Assembly: GCA_964187785.1 (NCBI GenBank)
Contig: OZ076416.1
Span: 56,048,001 to 56,112,000 of the forward strand
DNA from: Amphiscolops sp. MND2022
Lineage: Eukaryota
DNA length: 64,000 bases
Direction: 5' to 3'
Below, one piece after another: positions 1 to 11,538 of this stretch. Each line of letters begins with the position of its first letter. The stretch's first letter is position 1. The notes beneath the pieces are model-generated. The model had not been told where the DNA came from and searched no databases. It saw only the letters and a program-made list of their open reading frames with translations. A program made the position numbers and the translations under genes.

Positions 1-3000
1 TGTTCAATATTGCCTCTACTTCACAGGCAAAGGTGTAAAGCGTAGAATCGCGCAAGGTTCTCGATCCAACAATTTTGTAGAAGGTATCTTTGAAAGAGCG
101 GATTAACCGCTCCCATGCACCCCCGAAATGAGGAGCTGCTGGTGGGTTGAAATACCAGGCGATATGCTGCACACCAAGGCGGGCAGATATATCAGGTGAG
201 GCTTTCTCAAGTTTCTTTAGTTCGGCTTTGAGGTCTTTATTGGCAGAGATAAAGGTAGTTGCGTTGTCTGATCTGATGGAGTGAGGCAGCCCTCTTCGGC
301 AAATAAATCTTCGGATAGCTAAAATTGATTCGTCGGTGTTCAGTTTCTTTGTAATTTCAATATGGATAGCTCTGGTGACGAGGCAAGTGAAGAGAAGTAT
401 ATATCGTTTTTCGGCACGCGGGGCTTTGATGAAAAATGGTCCTAGGGAATCAACTCCAGTTGTACGGAATGGAAAATTGATCGAGGAAGGGAGTCGTTCT
501 TTCGGCAAGTCAGCCATGATGGGCTGGATGACATCCTGCTGTTGTCTGCGGCAAGTGATGCAACGTCGAATGAGTTGTCGTAACACCTTGCGGGCTTTGA
601 GTATCCAAAACTGTTGTTGAACTAAAGCACGGCTGAATTCGAGTCCACAGTGTCCATTGGTGCTGTGAATGTGTTGTAAGAAGAGTTCGATTGAAGGGCA
701 TGCGGCATCCAAGATGACAGGAAACCTGCTACATAAAATAACAGTGGCCTTGGCAAGTCGGCCACGCGGTCGCAAGATTCCATGCTCGTCGATGAAGGGG
801 CTGAGTTGTGAAATTCTAGAGTTGGCGGGCAGGCAATTCTTCTTAGTTAGCTCTTTCATTTCTGCGCGGAAAGAATGTTGCTGAGAAGACTTGATGAGAA
901 ATTTGAAAACTTTGGTAATATGCTCCAAAGTTAGAATGGCTTGGCGATTTCTGGCTTTGTCGGCAACGAGGAAACAGACGGCAATATTCCTGATTAGGTG
1001 GTTCCAATTACTGAAGCGCGTAATTTCAAAGAGTGGTTTTTCGTGTTGGTCGGTGGGCTGGTGGGTAAGAGACACGGCAACTTGTTGAGACGAAGTAGGC
1101 TGGGCAGGCCAAAACGGTGGTCCTTGAATCCATAGCGAGTTGACATTCATTTGACCGGCAGTATATCCTCTTGTTCCATCATCTGCGGGGTTGTCTGAAG
1201 TTGGAACGTATCTCCAATCGGACGCGTCTGTTGGGTCGAGAATAATGTTAAGTTGATTGGCAACGAAGATTTTGTGTCTTTGATGAGTATTGTTAATCCA
1301 GTGCAAAACGGTTGTACTGTGGGTCCACATGAAGCTTTTAGCTATGCGTAGGTCAAGTTCTTCTTTGATGTACACTGCAAGGCGGCTTCCAATAGTTGCT
1401 GCTTGAAGTTCCAAGTTTGGAATCGTGAGTCGTTTTATGGGTGCAACTCTGGCTTTACCAATTAGGAAATCAATGCTGATGTGGTTGTCGTCGTGGATTG
1501 TTCGTAAATAGGATACTGCAAAAAATGCTTTCTCCGAAGCATCCGAGAACACATGAAGTTCCTGACGTTTTGGCTGGCTCTTGTAGTTGTGAAGTTGGCG
1601 GTGTAGTTCAATCTTTTGGAAGTGGTCAATTTCACTGGTCCATTGATGGAAGTCAGCTAAGTGTTCCTCTGGAATGGGCTTATCCCAGTGTTGTCCAGTG
1701 GTCCATGCAAGTTGCATGCAAATTCGCAAGCGAATCGTCAGTGGTGCTGTGAGTCCCAACGGATCGAATATCGATGAAGTAAACTTCAGTGAACTGCGTT
1801 GAGTGGGTGTTTGTATGTCCTTGACATTTTGGTAGCTGTCCGGTGGTATAAAGTAGACATCTTTTTCCGGGTCCCATGGCATTCCAAGGACGCGTTGTGG
1901 CGTCAATGAATTGTCGGGGTCGGCTCCTGCAGCTCGCAGTTCCGAGTTCAACCCTTTCAAAAAGTTACGGCTGCTCGAATTCCACTTGGTCAAATTGAAT
2001 CCTCCCGTTGACAAGACCGTGCGTAGGATCTGTGCTGTATCTGTGGCTTCTTCATCTGTAGGTAGAGAGAGATGAAGATCGTCCATATAAATGTTCCTCT
2101 GAACGATTGCTGGAATGTCCGGATGATCGTCTGCTTTGTCGTTGGCACAACATTGTACAACGTAACAGGCGACACATGGTGAATCGTTTGCGCCAAATAT
2201 GTGTATAGGGTTTTCGTAGTCGAACATTGTTTTGTTGTTCCGCCACAAGAAGCGTAGAAACGGTCGATCTTTGGGGTCCACGAGAACTTGCATGAACATA
2301 GCCTCGATATCCGCAGATATCGCGACTCTGTGTAGTCGGAAGCGCAATATTAATCCTGTGAGGTTGCAAAGAAAGTCTGGTCCAGTCAGTAGACTGCTAT
2401 TGAGTGACTTTCCTTTGAAGACACTGCTGGCGTTTGTCACTCGGCGAACCTTTCCAGGTTTGTGGATGTTGGTAACTGGATGGTGTGGAAGATACCATTG
2501 TTTGACGGTTGTGTCGTTTGGCGGCACTCGAACGATGTAACCTTTGGCAAGGTCGTCATCGATTGTTTTCTGGTATAGTTGTTTCAAATTAGAATCTTTT
2601 TCCAAACGTTGTTCAAGGCCGGAAAGTTGACGTTCGGCAACCCACCGATTATTTGGCAGGTCGACGTTTTCCTTCCAGAGAAGACCGATTTGGTAGCGAC
2701 CTTCAACTTTCGTTGTTGTAGACTGGAGCATCTTCTCGGCGCGGCGATCGTTGGATGAAAAAGCTTTCTTGGGTGATGAGACTCCTTCAATGTCTTGGCG
2801 CATCCAACGGTGGACTTGCTGAAAAAGTTCGTCGTCCATTGTTGGTGTCCTGACAAGGAGTGTCTGTGCTGTTGTCGGTAGTTGATGGCTGCTATTTTCG
2901 ACTATTGTCCATCAAAGAAGTGTGTGCAATGCTTTTGGTGTATTAGGTGGTCCGTGAATGACTCCTCGGCTGCAGATCACATCGTATGAGTCTACACCAA

Positions 3001-3131
3001 TCAGAAGCGAAACGGAATTGGATGATAACTGAGGAAATTTGACGTGATTAAGATGAGGGTGCTGCTGACAAACTGAGTTCAGAAAACCAGGTTGTGCTGT
3101 TTGAACGGTCGGTGTTGGCACTGAAAAAACT
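1..3131 (-). pseudogene. BEL/Pao pol (end of protease, RT, RNase H, integrase core) with several frameshifts and stops
   Basis: Motifs are spread over different frames. The ORF track shows only short fragments (2912-3202, 2584-2856, 2052-2369, 1990-2196). Confidence 0.85.
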
Positions 3132-5072
3132 TTATCGAGTCTGTGAGGCTGAACTGGGGGAGTTGTACGGTCCAATGAAACATTGTATCGTTGCGACATC
3201 AACTTCGGCGACAGTGTTGATTCCTGTTACACTGAGTTGTTGGTTCCTTTCGAGGTCGGGTTGAAGCAGCTTAGCGGCTGATTCAGCAAGTAGTGTTACG
3301 GAACTCCCAGAGTCCAGAAGGGCGTATGTGGAAATCTGGTTGTTCCCGTAAGAGAGTGTTACTGGAAGAATAGGTACAAATCCTGGCAAGTGACGTCGGG
3401 TGTTGACGGCTGAAGAAACTGCTGGCTGCTGATCACGGTGTAACAACGTGTGGTGTCGTCGTTGACAACCGTCGGTGCGACAGGTTGTTTGAGATTTACA
3501 ATCTTTGAAGGCGTGTGGTCCGAGGCAATTGAAACAAAGTTTCAACTTTTTGACATGATCGTATCTGCTCTGAAGATCGAGTGATTTGAAGTGCGGGCAT
3601 TGTCGAAGCAGAGGGCATCCTTTGGTTTCAGGGCAGAAATCTTTTTTGAGAGCGTCCGTTGTTGGTCCTGATCTTTGCGTATTGGTAGAAGATTTGTGGT
3701 GATTGGCAGTTCCTGATGATGAACGTGAATCATGAGAGAATTGAGGCTGTCCGTTTTTAATTGATGTGGTCTGCTGTGGTACAGGCATTTCACTGCAGGC
3801 GAGAGCGAATTCCCGTAAGCAAAGAGTTACATCATTTAGAGTTGGCTGTTTGAGTCCTGAAGAGACGGCATGTCGATTCCAGGCTAGTCTAGTTTCGGTC
3901 GGTAACTTTCTCAAGGCTTGTTGAACGTTAGTTGTTGAACGAATGTCGTGTTGAAAATCAAGTTGCTCGAAAGTGTCCACCAAGGTAGTTAAAAAGTTGG
4001 AGTACACTGTGAAAGAATCAGGTTGTTCAAGAGTTGGAGTCGGATGGCAATTTAGGCGTTGTAGAAAAGAGGTGACAATTTTGGTTGGATTGCCAAAACT
4101 GTCTTGAAGTCGTTTGAGTGCTGTGAAGTACATGTCTCCATTGTATCCATATCCGCGAATGACTGATTTTGCTTGATCCTTTACTAGAGTTTGTAAATGG
4201 GTCATTTTCTCAGCTGTTGTCATGTCTGATGAATGAATTGTCGCGTTGAAGAGGCCAATCCAATCTAACCATAAAAGTGGGTCTCCATTAACAGTTGTGA
4301 GCTTTACTTTCGGAATCGATTTCTGGAAAGTTGAAGACATTCTTTGTGAAGTTCCAACTCCCTGAAGAACGTTGTTAATTGGATGTGGTGCTTCAGTATG
4401 AATCCTTGGTGCCATATGCAACGGATTTGCTGCTGTTTCGAGTTGTGATGACTTGTCATTGATTCCAGGGAAATTTGATGTGACGGCGGGAGCTGTTGAC
4501 TGCAGAGAAGAATCAGGTATTGTGAAAGCAGGCAATGGGTTGTTAGAAGTTCCTTGGAGTTCATCAGATGGTATGTTGCCAAACACTTGTTGAGAATTAG
4601 TTCTCGTTACGGGTTACGCTTCAGAAGGATGCGACAACTGATCAGAAGCGCGCTTTTTCATGATCTTCAAACGAAGGCTTCGTAGATCATTCCTAACTCC
4701 TGAGAGCTGTGTTGATTGGCGGTTGAGGTGAGATTTTGAATGTAGAATTATTTGCTTTGTCAGAGACTCAAAATCAACAATTTTTTGTTGGGCTTCCTCG
4801 AAAAACTCTTGACACAACTCTACTGCTTCCCCTGTTTCTATACAATTGTTGGCAAACTGAAGGGAGCATTGATTTTCATCAAGACCAAGTTGCTGCAACA
4901 ACAAAAGTTGCTGTAATTCATCATCAGTTTGCTCAAGTTGCGAATGAGAAAACGAATCACTAGAGGATTGCCCATTAGCCGCATGCAATTCATTGGCTTC
5001 ATTGCCATTTTCTACATCATCATCATCAGCCACATTTGCCTCATTTTGGCCTTTATTTCTTTTTTTGACCAT
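3132..5072 (-). pseudogene. BEL/Pao gag-protease
   Basis: ORFs 4614-5072 and 3132-4586 are in the same frame, separated by one stop. They contain a DUF1759-like segment (FNGD-like VNGDPLLWLDWIGLFNATIH...MTHLQTLVKDQAKSVI), Cys/His knuckles (CFNCLGPHAFKDC, CRTDGCQRRHHTLLH) and a DSG protease motif. Confidence 0.85.
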
Positions 5073-5189
5073 CTTTTACACTCTTTCATCGAAAGTGATT
5101 TAACACTATTCGTAAATGTAACAACTCGAGAAAAGGAAAATAAGGGTAAACGTGACCAATGGGGCGCCAGAAATATTAATTATAAATAC

Positions 5190-5455
5190 TGAAGAAAGAT
5201 TAAAACAAAGACTACTTGATACCTGTAAGACGGCAGTCTCCAAAGACCGGAAATAAAATAGCGTAAAATTAGTGAAAGACTTCATAATAGTAATTTTAGG
5301 ATTTGGAAAAGGCTAGGAAATGCTTCATTTACTTTAGGCTTATTTAAGAGTTAAAATGTTTCACAAATGGCGATAAAGAGAAGGACTGGGAAAACATAAC
5401 CTTGAATGTGTTTTCTGGGCGTAACTCATTCTTTTGAAGATCCATGAGCGGGACA
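5190..5455 (-). repeat. Candidate 5' LTR of the BEL/Pao element (~266 bp)
   Basis: Minus strand begins TGTCCCGC and ends TCTTCA. A PBS-like TGGCGCCCC (5161-5169) lies ~20 nt downstream, before gag. The partner LTR is outside the window, so this cannot be confirmed. Confidence 0.5.
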
Positions 5456-6748
5456 TTACTTCAATTTCATAAACTGGCTGACTCAATACAAGTATGATTC
5501 ATTCAAACAAAATCAAAGTCATTCATGAGTCAAAATTCATCAATGAGTAATGCAACGCATAACAGTAAGAGTCGGGCACTTTTCCCTTAAAGGAAAAGCG
5601 CCGACTAAAAACGCCATGGTTATTGGTTGTTTCTTTGAACCAAATGTTCGCTATGTTTCAGATTTACTTGTATCTCATTTTGAGTATTCAAAAGTATCGT
5701 ACTTTAAAACATGTTTAAGTAACACATGCAATTAGACACCTTAATTTTACAGATAAGTGTCAACTCAGTGGTTTTGATTTTGATAGCTTTTTCTCCTTTT
5801 TCGAAGAAATACAAAAGCAACGCCTCCATAAAAAACCTTGCTTCCGGTTTTCTAAACATAACATTTGTAATGGCTTATTCGCCTGGATTACAAACTCAAA
5901 TCCGGTAATGAACGCAACACTTAAAGAGAAAGCTGTTTGCTGGGACTAATACGAACATATTATAGATAAACGATTGTCCATTATAGTCAAACAACATGAA
6001 TTCACATTCCAGGATGAAAAAAAACAGTATGAAAGTGTTTTTGCTTGGTTCCACACTACAGCCTTTTTTTAGAATGACACAAAATTTTTTTCTACTTTTG
6101 GGTTTTTCGTGGAATTTAGTGAATTAGCGGTTTTTGAGTCTTGGATGTAAACCTTTGGGTGTTTTTGATCGTGTCTTTATGCAAATTCGAAGCACTTTGC
6201 TCGTTTTGAACCATGAGCCAAACGCCATGTTTGAGCCGTTCCCGGCTTGTTTTTTTCCTTCACATAACAAAGAAGCCTCCACTTCAATAATTTTTTCTGA
6301 TTCAACCTGATAGTTCTAACTTCAGTAAAGCAATTTAGTAAAAACAAATGTTTACTTTTTTCATTTTGCATTCCTTACTGTAATCTTTCTCTTTCATGCC
6401 ATATACCAGAGCTTTTTGGATTTCTTGACAATAATCGATTCTAATAAAAACGTTGCCGTTTCATCAAAAGTTTTCTCTGGGATATTTCTTGTATTTTAGT
6501 AGGCAAAAATAGTATTTATCAGCCTTATAGGTCATCCTCATGGAAAGTTTTTGGCACTATGACGTTTTTGAGAAGTTTTTCAATAACTGTACCAGATAAT
6601 GATTCTGAGACTTCGCTCTCAGCGAATTCATTCGGATCGTCTACTCTGGCTGCTCACAGCCTAAAAGTGTATAATCAACCTTAAATTTTCTGTGGCAAAC
6701 ACTTTTGCTAGGAAAACACAGATTTTTTGAAAACGATATTATAAGGAT

Positions 6749-7079
6749 TGTCGAACCCCACTTGGGGCCGCTTTGAAAGACCTTGCGTACTTGTTGATGG
6801 GGTGTCGCTATCGCTTTTCGGTTTGTTGATAATAGCCATCATTAAGTCTTTCAGTTGACTAAATTCCGATTGGAGTTCAGGAATTTTCCTCTCATAGTTT
6901 TTTTTCATGTCAGACAATTGGGTGGAAATATCAGAAGCATCATTGACTTCAGAGTCGGTAACACTTGGTTCTGCCATTACGTTGCTCGAGGAGGTATTTC
7001 TTTCCGAGATGAGACTGATGATTTTAACATTTCTGAGTAAAGTTCCTTGTTCTGAACTCATGCAGTTTGGAGAAGACAA
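6749..7079 (-). CDS. LTR-encoded ORF (probable gag N-terminus) with a coiled-coil segment, open through the LTR 3' end
   Basis: ORF 6708-7079 crosses the LTR boundary at 6749 (...QVGFD|N). The segment TQLSDMKKNYERKIPELQSEFSQLKDLMMAII looks like a coiled coil. Confidence 0.5.
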
Positions 7080-7719
7080 TTTGTGAGCGAAGACTGGATT
7101 ATTGAGATGTTTTAAAGATGTTTTTTCTATTTTGTATCAGTTTGCGAATAACTCTAGTTCACTGTTTTGAACAGAGATGTCTTTTCGATGTAGCGTTGTA
7201 GAAGTTTTAGATTATCCAGTAAATGGCAGATTCTGAAGCCAGTCAAGAGGAAGTCATCTAAAGTTCATCGCGATAACTTTGGCTAAAGTTGATCATTCAG
7301 TGTAGTTGCGAAGTGGTTTCCTGAGATGGTTTTTGGATGAACTTTCTGTCAAATTTCAACGTGGTTTATCAACTGTACTGAGCTGGTCGCACTTTCTCAC
7401 TGAGTAATCAATTATGGCAGTTCAAACTACAGCAGTTCGCGTCTTTTAGCTGGTTGGTAAGACGCAAATCTCTTACCAACCTTCCTTTCATTGGCTGAGC
7501 CGGATGGTGCTAATTGGTACGTGACCAGTGTTGCGAACTGCCGCCGGATGGCTACCTACCACGGTAAATCTACATATATGCAAATAGTAGTGAATCATCA
7601 GCTTTACAGCGTTGTAAATTGCCTGCACAATAACAATGGTTGCTATGGGGATAGAAACAGGATGAAAACACTCACTATTGCACCAATTTCAAGCTAAATT
7701 AGAGTAAATCCCATCGAGC

Positions 7720-8452
7720 GATGAGGAAACGATGACTTCTAAGCAATAACAGCAATATCAGATAGTATTTGTACACTGGAATGAATTAGCGATGAAAACG
7801 TTGAAATATTCACTGATTCCAAGCTCCAAATTAGCATAAGATGAAAATGCGATGAATTCTCGGTTATTCCTGTCAAAATTAGCGCAATTCAAACTCGCGA
7901 TGAAAAATAGATGAACTTCCTTCCCCACTTACACCTTCCAGCACGAATCAAATCGATGATGAATGAGGGATGTATTTTTCCAATTAAAAAAGCAAATCCA
8001 GCACAATCAATTTTTTATGATGAATTAAGGATGTACTTCCTAATTTCTCTGTCTCTCTAGTTATGCGATGAATAAACGATGATTTTTCCGTCCGAGAAAT
8101 GAGAAGCACATTGCGAAGTTGTCAAGCACAGTTTAGCGATGAATTTAGGATGATTCTAGTGAAATTTAAAGTCCCATGAAGTCCGCTGATGGATTAGTGA
8201 TGAAATTAAGGTAAATGGGCCCATGTTCTGCTCACTCGCAAATTTGAGGATGAGCTTCCGATGAAACTTGGTGAACCAATGCTGATTAAGCTCATTGACA
8301 AATCCGCTGATGGATTTGGGATGTATCATTGTAAAACAGAGTCAAATTGAATCCACCGTCAAACCCGCTGATGGGTTTGTGATGAACGTTATTGTGCGTT
8401 GTTGTTTATGCGTGAACAGTGGTGAATAATTTAGTGGATGAGGAAAAGATGA
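7720..8452. repeat. Degenerate ~60-bp-period array of 13 paired GATG motifs spaced 11 nt apart
   Basis: Pairs start at 7720/7731, 7780/7791 (first is AATG), 7840/7851, 7899/7910, 7958/7969, 8019/8030, 8067/8078, 8138/8149, 8188/8199, 8249/8260, 8309/8320, 8370/8381 and 8437/8448. The sequence between pairs is divergent. Confidence 0.85.
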
Positions 8453-8945
8453 AGTTTCCTCTAGTATGGCTGCATAAACTAGTACTGGTATCGCTAGGGC
8501 TATGAATTGTCACGACTGTCGCTCTGATGCGGGAGCATATGGAAGTAACAAGCTTCATCCCCTTTCTATCCTTCGGTCCAGTCTGACCGGAAAACTTTTC
8601 TCCCTTATCGTGACAAATCAATGTTCAAAGATTATAGCCTTCTATTGCTATGAGCAAGATCATTTATGCGGACACCGGAACTAGAGCACTCAGTATTAAG
8701 TAGATATATATAACTCACACTCCGGTGGGGGAGGGAATTTAAGTACAATTAACGTAGGGTTGCTCACAACCATAGCTCTTATTATATGACTTCATATTGC
8801 CCATATCTAAATACATAAGACATAATATTTACATTACAAATATTTAGTAGGTTATATTTCCATCATGCTGGCATGACAAGGATATACAAAAATCTTGATT
8901 GCACTCCCACTGTGCCTCTCATTGATAAGCGACCTTTGTTGGCGT

Positions 8946-9412
8946 TAGGGGTGTGCCGTATCGCAAATTTTTGTTCCGGCCGGAACCGGAACCGGACCGA
9001 ATAAAACTTTTTGTTCCGGCCGGATAATTGCCGGAATCTTTGTTTTGTTCACTTCTGATAAAACACATAGAGACAACATTTCTGAGGAATATCAAAGTAT
9101 TTTCAGCCTGTTATGCGTTTGTCAGAAATACTAATGACATTATTTTCCGAATATGGAAACATTTATGAAGAAACAAGAAGTCCCCTGTTGCCAAAAAACA
9201 GTGAAAAACTTTTGTGTCTGCATAATAATTTGAAAAAATGTGTGTGAATTGAAGTGTTTCGCTATGTGTTTTCGAAGGATCTTCGGTTTCATTTTTTTGA
9301 AGGCGCCGGAATATCCGGTATAGTTTTCAAAGTTCTGGTCGGAACTGGAACTGGATATCTTTGGTAAACCGGTCGGAATATCCGGCCGGACATAATATCC
9401 GGCACACCCCTA
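8946..9412. mobile_element. hAT-type MITE
   Basis: 13-bp TIR TAGGGGTGTGCCG / CGGCACACCCCTA, perfect 8-bp TSD GTTGGCGT (8938-8945 and 9413-9420), subterminal CCGGA arrays, no coding capacity. Confidence 0.9.
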
Positions 9413-10452
9413 GTTGGCGTGAGTCAAAAACAGCGAGAGACTTGAACTCGAAGCACTAAAAAGTGCGTTTTGTGAGGTTTGAGCTAATATGATCCGAGAT
9501 AGTTTCATCCCAAGTCAGGCTAGTGTGAATCTAGCGCTCTTCAAATTGAAGAACAGGCACTATTCAGTATCGGGCGACCGGTCCGAGCATTGTTTTCCGG
9601 GAGACCTAACCCTCCGATTCCGTGAAAAAAGCGGAACTTTCGGAGTCAACATTTGGTGTTACCTATACCCGGTTTCAATCGTTTCAATCCGTGACAAATT
9701 ACAACTTTTTCAAAACTAACATAATTATTATTAAGTTGAAGTCTTCCGGAAAAAAACATTGTAGCAGCTGTGTTCATTCCATGAATAATCAAAAAGATGG
9801 TTCTAGTATGAGGCTTTACTGCTGTATTTACAAGGTATACAAAGTCTCCACGAACTTCAAAACATATCGACCAAATTAAGCAACACAACAAATCTTAAGT
9901 TGTAAATCTTATTGGTTTTCTCATTACTTCCGTTCTATTATGATTTGAATTGATTTGAACTTTGATCTGATGGAATCAGCTGTTCAGGCAACATTATCGA
10001 CTGAGAACCATAATTTGACATGGCCCAGAACAAAATGTTGTTATCGCCTGAGGTTCCGACTTTGGTAAAAAAATCCCAAAACATTTCATGAATGTTCACC
10101 TCATATTTATCGAAGAATTCTTCGAGGTATATAAGTATTGATCTCAATTTAACTTCTTGCATTGTTCATCCTGACCGAAAGGTAAACATCTTCTCTCCGG
10201 GTATCAGATTTGCGTAAACTCATAACTTCAACAATTTTTACGTCTTTTTCATATCAACTTTTTGTAATGGTCGCACAATTAATTGGCAAAAAGTTTTTAA
10301 AGTCCTTTTGGAAACCGGTTTTGCAGAAAAAAAGCAGGTGTTCGTAGACACGAAGACTTTAAACAGCTTTCATTCAAACAGCTTTTCATTATTTGTTCAA
10401 ATAAAATATGAGACTGAGTCTTTTTTCTACACAGGCTAGCGAGACTTTGATA

Positions 10453-11103
10453 ATGGCGAACTTTTGGGTGCAATGGACAATTCTGATTGTCGCAATTGGT
10501 TTCGTTACAGAAAGCGAAGCCGCTAACTGGAACAGTATGTAAACTAAACTTTTTTCTGCTTCGAATTTAAATGAAAAACGATCTCAAAGGTATTTTGTTG
10601 TAGCTTGCGACGATTACTACGCGAGTTTCAACAGAAATCAAACTGAAAAGCTCCAATGCCAAGGCAAACCCGGATACGATTTCAACGATGGTGGAATTCA
10701 ATCAGTTGAAAAGAACTTTGATAACGGATATTGTAAGTTAGAAACCTTCAACATATCTTTGTGTACGTGCCCAATCACTCATAAGCATTACATTGAAGAA
10801 ACGCTTTGATTTTTGCAGACAGGTTGTCAATCAAAGAGCCTGAAAACTTCACAATTGAGGATAGGGGACGTTGCCCCATTTATGGCAATTCCAGCAATGT
10901 CTACTCGATGACGATTTTCTTAGCGCCGGCTTTTGACGATGTTAACGGATGCGGGATTCGAGTTTCTGACAAGTATCTTTGGGGCGTTGTAAGTTTAGTT
11001 ACTATTTTTGGTTTTACTGTCAAATTGAGAGATCCAGAATTCAACTATGTTTCAGATTATACTCAGTACAAGAGATACTTCGGTGATATTTCCTTTGGAC
11101 AAA
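10453..11103 (+). CDS. Host gene, first four coding exons (10453-10534, 10604-10732, 10819-10988, 11056-11103): secreted protein, possibly with a ZP-N-like domain
   Basis: GT-AG introns of 69, 86 and 67 nt with compatible phases (1,1,0). The spliced product starts with a signal-peptide-like MANFWVQWTILIVAIGFVTESEA, then TCDDYY...LQCQGK...RGRCPIYG...YSMTIFL...VNGCGIRVSDKYLWGVIILSTRDTSVIFPLDK. The ZP assignment rests only on Cys spacing. Confidence 0.75.
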
Positions 11104-11538
11104 GTCAGTGCTTCAATTTTAATTGTTTTTTCAGACAATTTTTGATTGTTTTAATTAATATTTTTCAGACAGCTGTTTTTTTGTCAGCTGAAGGATGACT
11201 AACTTCTCGAACCTTGATAAATAATAAGATCAAAAACACTAAGATCACGCGCCAAAAAGAATAAAAATCGAGTTAGATCCAATTTCGATTATAATAATTC
11301 AACGACAAAACCAGATTGTTTCCAGCCGATAAAACCATTTACGAGGTTTCTCACAAAAAAGGGTTTTTTGTTCGTTTTGTCCCCGTTTTCAAGATGAGAG
11401 TGTGTAGAGAGGATGCTAGACCGACCCTTGAAGGGTTGTTGGGATACTTGGCAGGAAATATCGATAACAAACCGATACAAATTATCTTGATACGGTTATC
11501 TTACCAAAAATCTGTTTTAACGCGATCGTTGTTTTTAG

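Larger units (their letters stand above)
1..5455 (-). mobile_element. BEL/Pao LTR retrotransposon, decayed, 3' part beyond the left window edge
   Basis: Minus-strand order gag-PR-RT-RH-IN. Motifs read by hand: YALLDSGSSVTLL (protease); ADIEAMFMQV, HIFGA and YMDD (RT, ~2075-2330); ELHVFSDASEKA and KARVAPIKRLTIPNLELQAA (Pao RNase H, ~1380-1560); SDNATTF and GGAWERLIRSF (integrase, ~100-280). Confidence 0.93.
6749..8878 (-). mobile_element. Solo LTR (2130 bp) of a Gypsy-type element
   Basis: TG...CA ends with a 4-bp terminal inverted repeat (TGTC/GACA). Perfect 5-bp TSD AGGAT at 6744-6748 and 8879-8883. No internal gag/pol domains. Confidence 0.85.

Noticed and set aside
7720-8452. CRISPR array or hammerhead ribozyme cluster
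   Set aside because: The repeats are only 4-6 conserved nt, non-palindromic, with no cas genes and in a eukaryotic LTR context. The CTGATGG motifs lack the CTGATGA...GAAA core and its stems.
9938-10162. 74-aa minus-strand ORF upstream of the host gene
   Set aside because: No motif, splice context or homolog that I can recognise.
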